A stretch of DNA of 64,000 nucleotides from Thermodesulfobacteriota bacterium (GCA_041947025.1 JBHGBJ010000006.1:5995-69994), one strand, 5' to 3'; numbered from the stretch's first letter, positions 9,129-19,378 are shown. Notes: generated by a model from the sequence alone, not told the origin. Translations and numbers: made by a program.

Positions 9129-10640
9129 CTAAAACCTCCCTCCTTTCTTAGATGTTTTGATAATGATTCGAACCAATGGGATGAGTAGAAAGATGACAGT
9201 CGCAAGAAGAAAGACCATGGAGACAGGTCGATTGATAAAGATCCCAAAGTCGCCGTGGGAGATCATCAGGGATTGACGGAAGGCCACCTCCAATTTCGGG
9301 CCGAGGACTAATGCCAAGAGTAGTGGAGCAGCCTCGTAAGCCCATTTTCTCATCAAAAATCCGAGACCCCCGAAGAGAAGCATCATCCAGATATCGAAAA
9401 CGGAATTATTCACGGTGTACATCCCCGTGATGCAGAAAAGGATGACGAGAGGCAAGAGGATCTTCTTGGGAATTCTCAGGATGTTGGCAAAGAGAGGAAC
9501 AAAGGGAAGATTAAGAATCAGGAGGATAAAGTTGCCGATATACATGCTGGCGATCACGCCCCAGAAGAGTTCTGGGTGTTGCCCAATTAACAACGGACCA
9601 GGATTGACTCCGTGGATGAGAAGGGCACCCAGAAGAATAGCCGTTGGAGGAGCGAAAGGGATTCCAAGGACAAAGAGGGGAATGAAGGCAGATTGGCAGG
9701 CAGAGTTATTGGCCGATTCAGGACCGGCCACTCCCTCTATCGCCCCTTTGCCAAATTCCTCCGGCTTCTTGGAAATCTTTCTTTCAACCATATAAGAGGA
9801 GTAGGTTGCAATGACAGGAGCAGGCCCCGGTATAAGACCGATCCCGAATCCGATTCCCGAACCTCTCAGAATGGGGCCGATGGATCTCCTGACATCCTGA
9901 AGGGTAGGATAAAGTTCTCTCAAACGGGGTACGAGAACATGTTGTTCCAACATCTCCAATGGCTGATCGACATTGAGTAAGACTTCTCCAATCCCGAAGA
10001 GTCCGATGGCCACAGCCACGAATTCAATCCCTCCCAAAAGCGAGATGGAGCCAAAGGTCAACCGGGCATCTCCGGTCACCGGATCGATTCCGATGGTCCC
10101 GATGATCAAACCGATGACTGCCATCATGAGGGATTTGGTGAGGGATGTCCCTGTGACATTACTCAAGACAATAAACCCAAAGACCATCAGAGAAAAATAT
10201 TCCGGGGGACCAAAGGCGAGTGCTGCCTCTGCCAAGGGCGGGGCCAAGAAAACCAATCCAAATATTCCAATCGTTCCTGCGATGAAAGAACCAATAGCAC
10301 AGGTGGCAAGGGCCGGGCCGGCCCTTCCTTTCTGGGCCATTTGATAGCCATCGATGCAGGTAATCACCGAAGCGGTTTCGCCAGGGACGTTGAGGAGAAT
10401 AGAGGTTGTAGAGCCCCCATACATCGCCCCGTAATAGATTCCAGCAAGCATGATGATCGCAGAGGTGGGATTGAGACCAAAGGTGGCTGGGATGAGGAGG
10501 GCGATCCCGGCGATCGGCCCGAGCCCAGGGAGAACGCCGATCAATGTCCCGACAATGGCGCCAATCAAGCAATAGAGAAGGTTCTGAATCGTCGTAGCGA
10601 TCCCAAAACCGTTGAGAAGATGCTGAAATGATTCAAACAT
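9129..10640 (-). CDS. tctA: tripartite tricarboxylate transporter large permease
   Basis: ~503 aa polytopic membrane protein; MFESFQHLLNGFGIATTIQNLLYCLIGAIVGTLIGVLPGLGP... TctA signature. Start set to ATG 10640, 26 bp after tctB stop; ORF-track extension would overlap tctB. Confidence 0.85.
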   Translation of the reverse strand: MFESFQHLLNGFGIATTIQNLLYCLIGAIVGTLIGVLPGLGPIAGIALLIPATFGLNPTSAIIMLAGIYYGAMYGGSTTSILLNVPGETASVITCIDGYQMAQKGRAGPALATCAIGSFIAGTIGIFGLVFLAPPLAEAALAFGPPEYFSLMVFGFIVLSNVTGTSLTKSLMMAVIGLIIGTIGIDPVTGDARLTFGSISLLGGIEFVAVAIGLFGIGEVLLNVDQPLEMLEQHVLVPRLRELYPTLQDVRRSIGPILRGSGIGFGIGLIPGPAPVIATYSSYMVERKISKKPEEFGKGAIEGVAGPESANNSACQSAFIPLFVLGIPFAPPTAILLGALLIHGVNPGPLLIGQHPELFWGVIASMYIGNFILLILNLPFVPLFANILRIPKKILLPLVILFCITGMYTVNNSVFDIWMMLLFGGLGFLMRKWAYEAAPLLLALVLGPKLEVAFRQSLMISHGDFGIFINRPVSMVFLLATVIFLLIPLVRIIIKTSKKGGRF

Positions 10641-10666
10641 CGATCTATTCTCACCCACAAAACATT

Positions 10667-11134
10667 CTAAATCCCAATCCACCCCTTGGGGAGAGGAATT
10701 TTGAGCCACTGAACGAATAGAAAATAACAAGCCAAGGCGGTCAGAAGGGACAGAAGAAGATTGAAGGACCATCGCTTCGTCCCAAGGATTCTCAGGAGGC
10801 CGACCATGAGAAGAAAGGAGACGACCGGGTATCCCAGACGGTTTAAAAAGAGGGTCGCCAATACCATCATTCCGAAAAAGAGAATCATCTGTTTTGTGGA
10901 TCCAGAAATCTCTGGGATGGGAACTTTTTTCTCAACCCTCTTCTTGTCGAGGGAGAGCTGAAGCAAAAAGATCCCGGACAAAACCATCAGGAGCATGCCG
11001 AGAATGAGAGGAAAGAAGCCGGTCCCCGATTTACGGAATGTTCCAATGGGCATTCTTAGAGAGAGAAGGGTTGTAATCGCTCCAAAGACAAGGACCACAA
11101 CTCCCCCAATCATTTCGTCCCTTTTCAATTGCAT
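10667..11134 (-). CDS. tctB: tripartite tricarboxylate transporter small permease
   Basis: 155 aa, 4 predicted TM helices, positioned immediately upstream of tctA. Confidence 0.65.
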   Translation of the reverse strand: MQLKRDEMIGGVVVLVFGAITTLLSLRMPIGTFRKSGTGFFPLILGMLLMVLSGIFLLQLSLDKKRVEKKVPIPEISGSTKQMILFFGMMVLATLFLNRLGYPVVSFLLMVGLLRILGTKRWSFNLLLSLLTALACYFLFVQWLKIPLPKGWIGI

Positions 11135-11183
11135 TCCCTTTCAGGTTGTAACTGCTAACTGATCATTGCCAATCGATTATTTT

Positions 11184-11927
11184 TCAGTCCATCCATGCTC
11201 CACCGTTTACATCAAGGATCTCACCGGTGATAAAGGAAGCTTCTTCAGAGACCAAAAAGAGTACAGCATTGGCGACGTCTTGCGGATTTCCGAGGCGGCC
11301 GAGAGGAATGGAGGCAATGATTTCCCTTCTCCTCTCCTCTGACCACTGGGCACTCATCTCTGTTTCAATGGCATGAGGGGATACCGCATTGACGTTGATC
11401 CCATTTCGAGCCAATTGTCGTGCAAGAGTTTTAGTCAAAGCATCCACGCCAGCCTTCGAGGGTCCATATCCAGGAGCTGAGGTGATATCTCCCATCTTTC
11501 CCGCAATCGAAGATACATTGACAATCTTCCCATAACCTTGCTGCTTCATGATCCCTGCCACAGCCTTACAACAGTTAAACGTCCCTTTCAGATTTACTTC
11601 GATGACCCGATCCCAATCCTCTTCTGTCACGGTATCGATCGTCCCCCTTCTGATGATCCCGGCATTGTTGACGAGAATGTCAACGCGACCAAAGGTTTTT
11701 TGAACCTGGTTCACCATGGCCGTCACTTCAACACTTTTTGTGATATCACAAGGGATGATGATCGCTCCCCTGGTGTCTTTGGCGCCGCTCCCAGCGGCCT
11801 CCAATGATCCTATATCCACATCGACGAGGGCGACCTTTGCCCCTTCCCTCATGAAGACGAGTGCGATGGCTCGTCCAATACCCTTTGCAGCTCCGGTGAC
11901 GATGGCCGCTCGATCCTTTAATCTCAT
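11184..11927 (-). CDS. SDR-family oxidoreductase (KduD / 2-deoxy-D-gluconate 3-dehydrogenase-like)
   Basis: Start at ATG 11927 (GGAG RBS); MRLKDRAAIVTGAAKGIGRAIA (TGxxxGxG), NNAG, catalytic YxxxK (YGPSKAG). Confidence 0.8.
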   Translation of the reverse strand: MRLKDRAAIVTGAAKGIGRAIALVFMREGAKVALVDVDIGSLEAAGSGAKDTRGAIIIPCDITKSVEVTAMVNQVQKTFGRVDILVNNAGIIRRGTIDTVTEEDWDRVIEVNLKGTFNCCKAVAGIMKQQGYGKIVNVSSIAGKMGDITSAPGYGPSKAGVDALTKTLARQLARNGINVNAVSPHAIETEMSAQWSEERRREIIASIPLGRLGNPQDVANAVLFLVSEEASFITGEILDVNGGAWMD

Positions 11928-11978
11928 TGGTTTACTCCAAACCATCAACTTTGGACAATGAACGATGAACTCTAAATT

Positions 11979-12830
11979 CTAAACTCTCAACTCTAAACCC
12001 CCGGGCTTGTGTCCGTTCCTTTTTCGAAATCCAAGCCTCTGGGAGATTTTGGACGCAGTCTCCATAACCTCCTTCTTTAAAGATTCTTGAATGATCTTTT
12101 TCGTCACTCGAAAAGCCGGGCCGGAAATGCTAATAGCAGCCACCACTCGGGAAGCCTCATTAAAAATGGGAGCAGCCACGCATCGGATCCCTCTTTCATT
12201 CTCCTCGTCATCGATAGCAAATCCTTGTTTCCTTACAAACCTTAGGTGTTCTCTCAATTGGACGGGGTCGGTCATGGTGTTTTCAGTTCTTCTCATGAGA
12301 TTTTTCCCCTCCAAGAACTGGTCGAGGACCTCATCGGAGAAATCGGCCAAAAGCACCTTCCCTACGGCACAACTGTGGATTGGGTTCCGAAGGCCAACCC
12401 GGGAGGCCATCCTTAAGCCCCCTGGGTTTTGATCGACCTCGACTTTATCAATGTAAACCACCTCATCTCGATCCATGACAACCATATGGACGGTCTCATT
12501 CGTTCGTTTGACAAGATCCCTGAGAAAGGGCTCGGCCTCTTTTCGGAGGTCGAGTTGGCCGAGAAGAAGGTTTCCGAGTTCGACCAGCTTAAAGCCCAAA
12601 AAATAATCCCTGGTCTTAGAGTCTTGTCTCACATAACCGAAGTGGAGGAGGGAGGAGAGGAGACGATGGATCGTGCCCTTGGGGAGATTGACTCTGGAAG
12701 AGAGTTCGCGGATGCTTATCCCTTGGGGACTCTGTCCAAGGATGTCGAGGATCTGGGATGCCCTTTCAATCGTCTGAACAAGATTTTGAGACTTAGAATT
12801 TCGAACCTGATTTCTGTCCGTATTATTCAT
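11979..12830 (-). CDS. IclR-family transcriptional regulator (KdgR-like)
   Basis: N-terminal wHTH (LVQTIERASQILDILG...GISIRELSSRVNLPKGTIHRLL) + C-terminal IclR effector domain; located inside sugar-acid island. Confidence 0.8.
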   Translation of the reverse strand: MNNTDRNQVRNSKSQNLVQTIERASQILDILGQSPQGISIRELSSRVNLPKGTIHRLLSSLLHFGYVRQDSKTRDYFLGFKLVELGNLLLGQLDLRKEAEPFLRDLVKRTNETVHMVVMDRDEVVYIDKVEVDQNPGGLRMASRVGLRNPIHSCAVGKVLLADFSDEVLDQFLEGKNLMRRTENTMTDPVQLREHLRFVRKQGFAIDDEENERGIRCVAAPIFNEASRVVAAISISGPAFRVTKKIIQESLKKEVMETASKISQRLGFRKRNGHKPGGLELRV

Positions 12831-12871
12831 TCGCCACTTTCCCATGCAAGAGGATCTTTAACAAGTTAACC

Positions 12872-14158
12872 TCACTCAATCCCAAATGTCAGATTCGGGA
12901 GCCATAAAGCGAGATCCGGCCAGAAAATAACCAAGAGCACCACCACGATAACAGACAGCATAAACAGCCAACCTTCCTTGACAAAATCCCAGAGAGAGCA
13001 TTTGAAGATCGTACAGACAATATAAAGGACCGCTCCCTCCGGCGGGGTCAATAATCCGACGGTGAGAGTCAGTACCATAATGATCCCGAAGTGCACCAGA
13101 TCGACATGGACTTGCTCGGCGATCGGAGTAAGAATTGAGGTCAACATCAGGATTAACACAGTCGAGTCCATCGCCGTCCCGGCAAAGAGTAAAAATCCGA
13201 TAATGATCAGCATGACCATCCAAGGAATATTGGAAATCCCCAGCATGAACTCGGCCATCCTTTGCGGTATTTGATCCCAGATAATGCCGTAACTGAAGGT
13301 TGCCGACAACGCGATCAGGATCATGACCATCCCGATATCGACTACAGTGTTCTCCAGGGTTTGAAGCAATCCTTTCCAGGAGAAGCGTTTATAGACGACC
13401 ACTCCCACCACAACGGCATAGACACACGCGAAAGCACCTGCTTCGGACGGAGTAAACATGCCGAACCTTAATCCGGCAATCAGAATGACCGGGAAAAGAA
13501 AAGCCCAGATGCAATCGACGAAAGTTCTCGCCACCTCTTTGAAAGGTGCCCTTTTTTCTCTCTCTGGAAGATAACCTTTTTGCCTGGCCCTCAAGCCAAC
13601 CGCAACCATCAAGAATATCGTCATTAAAATACCGGGAATCATCCCAGCAGCAAATAACCGTCCGATAGAAACTTCGGCGATGCTGCCATATAAAACCAAT
13701 CCGATACCAGGGGGGATCATCGTCGTGATGAGTGAGCTGCAACCAATGACAGCCGCCGAGAACCCTCCGGAATATCCCTTCTTGATCATGCCCGGCCCCA
13801 GCACGCGCGAGAGCATCGCGGCGTCACCGATCGCCGAACTCGTAATCCCGCCCAGAGATGCAGCGATCACCATGTTGCTCTGTGCCATCCCGGCGCGCAT
13901 ATGTCCCGTGAGAACCGACGCCAGCTTCATGACCCGTTCGGTAATACCGGTCTCGTTAAGCAAGTTGCCGGCGAAAATGAACAATGGAATTGCCAGGAGA
14001 AGAAAATTTTGTGTTTGAGAAAGCACTTGCTGAACAGGCATGGTCAATGGCAAGGTTGGATGTAGAAGAAAGAAGGCCACTCCGGAGATACCAAAGGCAA
14101 AGGGGACAGGCATTCCCATTAACATAAAGAGAAAAAAGAGAATTGTTACTAAGGTCAC
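12872..14158 (-). CDS. dctM: TRAP transporter large permease
   Basis: Polytopic membrane protein, DctM pattern; start set to GTG 14158, 7 nt after GGGAGG (ORF-track TTG 14173 lies inside the RBS). Confidence 0.85.
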   Translation of the reverse strand: MTLVTILFFLFMLMGMPVPFAFGISGVAFFLLHPTLPLTMPVQQVLSQTQNFLLLAIPLFIFAGNLLNETGITERVMKLASVLTGHMRAGMAQSNMVIAASLGGITSSAIGDAAMLSRVLGPGMIKKGYSGGFSAAVIGCSSLITTMIPPGIGLVLYGSIAEVSIGRLFAAGMIPGILMTIFLMVAVGLRARQKGYLPEREKRAPFKEVARTFVDCIWAFLFPVILIAGLRFGMFTPSEAGAFACVYAVVVGVVVYKRFSWKGLLQTLENTVVDIGMVMILIALSATFSYGIIWDQIPQRMAEFMLGISNIPWMVMLIIIGFLLFAGTAMDSTVLILMLTSILTPIAEQVHVDLVHFGIIMVLTLTVGLLTPPEGAVLYIVCTIFKCSLWDFVKEGWLFMLSVIVVVLLVIFWPDLALWLPNLTFGIE

Positions 14159-14198
14159 TCTATAACCTCCCAACTGTCCGCACGAATGGGTATTCTAT

Positions 14199-14717
14199 TC
14201 AGATGATTTCACCGCTGACGCCTTCTGCACGTGTCTCGATGGATTCACCCGTCGATATCGCTCGCACGAAAGTCTTGATTTTCAAAACCGCGGTGATCAA
14301 CATTAGAGCACAACCAAACGGCACACTCAGCGTAACCCACGTATAACTGAAACCCGGGATCCCCTGAAAGCTTCTCAACCGCGTCGTGTAGGAAAGCCAT
14401 GAGCCATATCCGATCATGCCTACTAAGAAGAGAGCAATGATCGAATAATTAATAAGTTTGAGATAGAGCTGCGCTTTCTGTGAGAGTTTACCCGTAATCA
14501 CTTCGATGCAGAATAGTCTATCCAATCGCATCGCGGCATCGGCGCCTAAGAAAACCGTCCAGGCAAAGAGAAATGTTGCCACATCCATGGCCCAATTTAT
14601 GGGGTGATATAAAAAACGTCCTACAGCCGCAGCAAATACCAATAACGAAAGAATTCCCAACGCACATTGGGCGATGAGTATCTCTTTCTTACAGATAAAC
14701 TCGTACATTTTCTTCAT
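14199..14717 (-). CDS. dctQ: TRAP transporter small permease
   Basis: 172 aa, 4 TM, directly upstream of dctM. Confidence 0.75.
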   Translation of the reverse strand: MKKMYEFICKKEILIAQCALGILSLLVFAAAVGRFLYHPINWAMDVATFLFAWTVFLGADAAMRLDRLFCIEVITGKLSQKAQLYLKLINYSIIALFLVGMIGYGSWLSYTTRLRSFQGIPGFSYTWVTLSVPFGCALMLITAVLKIKTFVRAISTGESIETRAEGVSGEII

Positions 14718-14751
14718 GGGCCAGGACCTCCACCCACTGCAATCCCGAAAT

Positions 14752-14790
14752 CCCTGTCCCTGCCGCCTGCTTCCGGCAGGCAGGGAAGTT
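14752..14790. repeat. REP-like GC-rich palindromic element (CCTGCC..CCGGCAGGCAGG) between dctP and dctQ
   Basis: tccctgtccctgccgcctgcttccggcaggcagggaag; member of a family recurring at 30967, 34399, 34463, 42638, 55366, 61815. Confidence 0.6.
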
Positions 14791-14850
14791 GGTGCTTCTG
14801 GGCTTGAACTGATCCCACCTCCGGAGATGGGACCAGTTCATGCACTATTC

Positions 14851-15861
14851 CTACTTCTTCCCAATTTCATCAAAGATCTTTTTCTTTACATCGGCAATCT
14901 TCAAAACCTCATAAGCCTTTTCTCCAGCCTTTTTGAAAGCGGCTATATTAACATTGTCTGTCACGATCATCCCTCTCTTCGTTGTCAGTTCCGCTTTCAC
15001 TTCTTTCTCAAGCTTATCCATGATGAGCTTTGAAGTCTCGATGCCGGCTTTTTCGCATTCCTCAACAAGAATGTTTTGATAGTTTGCGGGCAATGCGTTA
15101 AACCATTTCGAGCTGATGACTTCATAATTAACAAGCATGATATGATGTGTCTCGCTCACATACTTAAGAACCTCATAGAAGCGTCCGGCAGGAATGTTGT
15201 TATAGACCAGCTCAACTCCATCCATCGCTTTTTGCTGAAGAGCCGGGTACATATCTCCAAAAGCCATCGCCACAGGGGTTGCGCCGAGAGCGCGTACAGA
15301 CTCCTGCCAAATGGGCGCAGGAGGCGTCCTGATTCGAAGACCCTTTAAGTCTTCGGGGGTCCGGATTGGCTTATTCGTAAAGAAATGTCTGTAGCCCTGG
15401 ACCCAGGTGAAAGATAGAACTTTTATACCATGTTTATTAGCCAGCTCGTCATGAAAACGTATGATTGTTGGCGCCTTTTTGACTTTTGCCACTTCCGCAA
15501 GATTCTCAACAAAATAAGGGCCATTCAGGCAATCTACCCCTTTGACATACATTCCCATGCGGGCCGAGTCGGTATTCTGTCCAATATTTGCGCCCGCCTT
15601 TATCTGCTCGAGGATGTCTTCTTCAACGCCAAGCTGAGCACTGTGAAAGACCTCAATTTTAAGACCGCCCTTTGTCTTCTGATCAACCGCTTTTGCCCAA
15701 TTCAGAAATCCCTGGTGATAAGGTTCTTTTTGACCCAACACGTGGTTAAATTTTAAAACAAACTTCTGCTGTCCAGAGGCCGGTGCTCCATAAGAGGCTA
15801 TTGCTAGGAGTAAAACCGTGAAAACAGCTACTGTAAGGGAAAATTTCTTTGAACGTTTCAT
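14851..15861 (-). CDS. dctP: TRAP transporter substrate-binding protein
   Basis: Start at ATG 15861 (RBS AAGGAGGG, 6-nt spacer); signal peptide MKRSKKFSLTVAVFTVLLLAIASYGAPASG; DctP-family body. Confidence 0.8.
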   Translation of the reverse strand: MKRSKKFSLTVAVFTVLLLAIASYGAPASGQQKFVLKFNHVLGQKEPYHQGFLNWAKAVDQKTKGGLKIEVFHSAQLGVEEDILEQIKAGANIGQNTDSARMGMYVKGVDCLNGPYFVENLAEVAKVKKAPTIIRFHDELANKHGIKVLSFTWVQGYRHFFTNKPIRTPEDLKGLRIRTPPAPIWQESVRALGATPVAMAFGDMYPALQQKAMDGVELVYNNIPAGRFYEVLKYVSETHHIMLVNYEVISSKWFNALPANYQNILVEECEKAGIETSKLIMDKLEKEVKAELTTKRGMIVTDNVNIAAFKKAGEKAYEVLKIADVKKKIFDEIGKK

Positions 15862-15948
15862 ACAGACCCTCCTTTTCATCCTTGTTTCGTATTTCTCTAA
15901 CCTTGAAATTCAACTCGGAACTCATCACCTTCAGTTCTTAACTCCCCA

Positions 15949-15983
15949 CTCCGAACTCCGAACTCCGAACTCCGAACTCCGAA
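15949..15983. repeat. heptanucleotide microsatellite (CTCCGAA)x5, ~90-120 nt upstream of dctP start
   Basis: ctccgaactccgaactccgaactccgaactccgaa; 2-copy version at 9114-9127 upstream of tctC, inverted copies at 48088-48132. Confidence 0.8.
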
Positions 15984-16324
15984 CTGAAAATCACCTCCTT
16001 TCTTAAGGATTTTCCTGATCATTTAAAACAAAATGATTCGCTTCTTTGTTCTTTTGAGCCTAAAACAGGCATTCCGTATTACGAAACGCCGTTTCCTATT
16101 TTATTAAATCCAAAAAAAAAGTCAAGTGTTTTATTTTAGGGCTCTGAAGAACTATTCATTGCTCTGTGATTAGAGATTTTCGAAAAAGATCGGAAATCTC
16201 TCCGTTGGTTTTCTTATTGACGGCGAACCGTTCATCTGCTATGAAGAAAAGTATCGCCTTGCTTCGATCAAAAGATAGATGGCTTTCATCGAGCAGAATG
16301 AAAATAGGCTAATGGAAGGAGGCA

Positions 16325-17176
16325 ATGATGAAAAAGAAATTAAACCGATTTGATCTTCAGAATATGAAGGAATCCGGCAAGAAAGCGGTTTGGATTACCG
16401 CTTATGATTACTGGATGGCGCAGTTTGCGGAGAAGGCGGACATGGATATGATTCTGGTGGGCGATTCTCTGGGGATGTGCGTCTATGGCTATGAAGGCAC
16501 CGTTCCCGTGACCATGGACCAGTGCATTGGTCATTCTGAGGCGGTTCGCCGGGGTGCTCCCAATACGTTTATCATTGGGGATATGCCCTTTCTTTCCTAT
16601 CAGGTCAACATTGACGATGCGGTTCGAAATGCGGGCCGATTCTTTAAAGAGGCTAGAGTGGATGCGATTAAGCTCGAAGGAGGTCAGAGGGTCTGTCCGC
16701 AGATCAAGGCGATTTCGGATGGGGGCATGTTGGTGATGGGGCACATCGGCCTGACGCCACAGAGCTCAGGCCAGCTTGGCGGTTTCAAGGCCCAGGGAAG
16801 AACCGCCGAGTCAGCGATCGGATTGATTGAGGATGCGAGGGCGGTCCAGAGTGCCGGGGCTTTTTCCCTCCTTGTAGAAGCTGTGCCCCCAGAGATCTGT
16901 AAAATCATCCGAGATGATTTAACCATCCCGGTTTACGGTATCGGTGCCGGAGTGGATGTGGATGGCCAAGTCATGATTTGCAGTGACATTCTCGGCATTT
17001 TCCAGGCCTTTACTCCAAAATTTGTAAAAAAGTATGCGGATTTGGGAGATCAAACATTGAAAGCCATGGAGGCTTATGTCGGCGATGTGAGGGCGGGGAG
17101 GTTTCCAGGGGCTCAGCACACTTATAACATGATCGAAGGCGAACTTCCGAAACTGAGGGCTGCCCTGAAGAAGTAA
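16325..17176 (+). CDS. panB: 3-methyl-2-oxobutanoate hydroxymethyltransferase (ketopantoate hydroxymethyltransferase)
   Basis: 283 aa; AVWITAYDY...ILVGDSLGM...GAPN...IKLEGG...GHIGLTPQS...IGAG conserved PanB blocks; RBS GGAAGGAGG (second ATG 16328 may be the true start). Confidence 0.85.
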   Translation: MMKKKLNRFDLQNMKESGKKAVWITAYDYWMAQFAEKADMDMILVGDSLGMCVYGYEGTVPVTMDQCIGHSEAVRRGAPNTFIIGDMPFLSYQVNIDDAVRNAGRFFKEARVDAIKLEGGQRVCPQIKAISDGGMLVMGHIGLTPQSSGQLGGFKAQGRTAESAIGLIEDARAVQSAGAFSLLVEAVPPEICKIIRDDLTIPVYGIGAGVDVDGQVMICSDILGIFQAFTPKFVKKYADLGDQTLKAMEAYVGDVRAGRFPGAQHTYNMIEGELPKLRAALKK

Positions 17177-17248
17177 GCTCCGTTAGAAAAGAGAATCTTT
17201 GACATCGCTCTCAATCAATGAGGTTTCTATCGGGGCAAAGGAAAAACG

Positions 17249-18514
17249 ATGAGTCTGAGAGGTCGTCTGAGAATCGAGCCATCGGTCATTGAGGAGATCA
17301 ACCGCTTTCTCCTCGACCCGGAGAATCCTGTCGTTAACGCACTCTTGCAAGTTGTCGCCAAGTATGGAACTCCGGAGGAGATCAATTCCCGGGCCCGGAA
17401 GGCACGGGATCTTACCAACCTGTTGGGAAGACTGCGAGAAATCGGGTCTCCTTATGTAAGAGATTTAGAGTGGATCGTGGCTGAGAGAGAGAGGAGATCT
17501 TTTGTCTCAATTTCTGATTTCCGAAAGAAGATTCTTGGAAAACGCATGGACGCGATCCCCTTCGATGAAGGGAAGGCCGTGACTCTGGAAATCAGCGCTC
17601 TTCAATACTTTCCATGGTTGATCGCGGAGGCCCATCATGCGATCGAGCACCAAGAAGTCATGCCGGCAAGATATATCCGAGTCCGTAAGATGAAGGAGCA
17701 AGAAAGAGATCAAGGAGATATTCTGGCTGTGGCCGCAGCCATGGAGATCATCGGTGCAACTTACGTGGAAACCTTGGATACCAAAGGAACAGACGGATCG
17801 AACGTCCATCTGGGCGGCCCGGAAACCATCACAGGATATTTCGGAGGAATCGGACAGCCGAATGAGCATGCCCTTCAATGGGTCGATGAATATCTTTACT
17901 ATTATACGCAATACGGAATACGGCAGGTTCTCAACATCAACCCGGGGACGGTGTTTCTGGGTTACCTTCTCCACAGATTAGGTATCGATATGGAGTTCAA
18001 GATTTCTGTCTTTATGGGAAATGATAATCCTTATTCGGTTTTATGGACATTGATTGCAGCCAAGCTCTTTTCGCGGGAAGATGGCTCCTCACCGCTGGTT
18101 GGGTTCAATCTGAGCAATTCCGTCGATGGCCAGACTCTGACTTTATCCGGCGAAATTCGCCGAAAGCTCGGATTCGAAGAGGAAGTCCGGATCGAACATC
18201 ACATCACCGAGACATGGAAAAGTATCGTGCGACAGCCCTATAACCGGCGAGGGGATCTATTCGAAGTGGCCTCCCGAATGCCCAACATCTCAGCCAAGCA
18301 CGAAGGGGGCGATCCAGAAATTGAGCAGACAAGGGAACATCCATCGGACATCTTGGACTATTTTCGGGATAAGGAGGAGATCTTATCTTCCGGAGATATG
18401 CCACACCTGGAAAAAAATTATATGGACAAACACGATGCGGTCAACCGAACCGCCAGGGCATTGACAGAAAGAGGTGTGTCTTTTGTAGCTGCCTGGAATT
18501 TACATAGCCGATAG
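17249..18514 (+). CDS. hypothetical protein (421 aa, no family recognised)
   Basis: Long uninterrupted ORF, soluble, no Cys motifs, no Rossmann/P-loop; sits between panB and a BKACE gene. Confidence 0.5.
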   Translation: MSLRGRLRIEPSVIEEINRFLLDPENPVVNALLQVVAKYGTPEEINSRARKARDLTNLLGRLREIGSPYVRDLEWIVAERERRSFVSISDFRKKILGKRMDAIPFDEGKAVTLEISALQYFPWLIAEAHHAIEHQEVMPARYIRVRKMKEQERDQGDILAVAAAMEIIGATYVETLDTKGTDGSNVHLGGPETITGYFGGIGQPNEHALQWVDEYLYYYTQYGIRQVLNINPGTVFLGYLLHRLGIDMEFKISVFMGNDNPYSVLWTLIAAKLFSREDGSSPLVGFNLSNSVDGQTLTLSGEIRRKLGFEEEVRIEHHITETWKSIVRQPYNRRGDLFEVASRMPNISAKHEGGDPEIEQTREHPSDILDYFRDKEEILSSGDMPHLEKNYMDKHDAVNRTARALTERGVSFVAAWNLHSR

Positions 18515-18541
18515 AATACGGAAACGGATCGTATGCATCCT

Positions 18542-19378
18542 TCATCGAAGAGTTTTTAGGCCGAGGATCTGCCGTGCCTCTCGGGCGGTAGCCACCTGCC
18601 TTCCAAGACGCTCGGTCAAATCCGTAGCCATCTCTACCATCTGAGCATTGCTCGAAGCCAGGACTCCTTTTTTCAGATAGATATTATCCTCGAAACCGAC
18701 CCGAATATTTCCGCCCAAGAGAATACCCATGGTGATCATTGGAAGCTGATCCTTTCCGACACCAAGAACGCTCCACTCTGCGTTCGAGGGGAGCTTACTC
18801 TTCATAAAAAGGAGGTTTTCAGGTGAGGCTTCTATGCCCCATTTGACCCCCATACAGAGCTGGAAATAAGGGGGAGAGTCGATCAGTCCTCTTTGTATGA
18901 GATCCCTGGCTTCATAAATATGGCCGACATCAAAGGCCTCGATTTCCGGTTTGACGCCGTTTTCCTGCATGCATTTTGCCGCGACCTCGGCCCAGTCCGG
19001 AGGGTTGACAAAGGCACGATCCTGAAAGTTGATAGAGCCCAAGTCAAAAGAACAGAGATCGGGTTTGAGCGATATGGGCTGGAGACGCTCAGCGTTGGCT
19101 TCTGGTCCATCGAGAAACAGGCCGCTGGTCGTCAAATTGACGATCATATCGCATTGCTGCCGAATGCCATCCAATATTTCTTTGAACCATTGGATCTTAA
19201 AATCGGGTTGACCGGTTTTCGGATCCCTCAGGTGGATATGGGCGATTGCTGCCCCTGCCCGGTGGGAATCCAGAGCGGCCTGAATGATCTCTTTTGTCGA
19301 GTACGGAACAGCAGGGTTCATCTCCTTGGTTGGCCGAGACCCTGTTAAAGCAGCGGTGATGATAATCTTTTCTCCCAT
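18542..19378 (-). CDS. beta-keto acid cleavage enzyme (BKACE / DUF849; 3-keto-5-aminohexanoate cleavage enzyme family)
   Basis: 278 aa; [52 protein letters not shown]... is the hallmark BKACE N-terminus (TIM-barrel Zn enzyme). Confidence 0.75.
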   Translation of the reverse strand: MGEKIIITAALTGSRPTKEMNPAVPYSTKEIIQAALDSHRAGAAIAHIHLRDPKTGQPDFKIQWFKEILDGIRQQCDMIVNLTTSGLFLDGPEANAERLQPISLKPDLCSFDLGSINFQDRAFVNPPDWAEVAAKCMQENGVKPEIEAFDVGHIYEARDLIQRGLIDSPPYFQLCMGVKWGIEASPENLLFMKSKLPSNAEWSVLGVGKDQLPMITMGILLGGNIRVGFEDNIYLKKGVLASSNAQMVEMATDLTERLGRQVATAREARQILGLKTLR

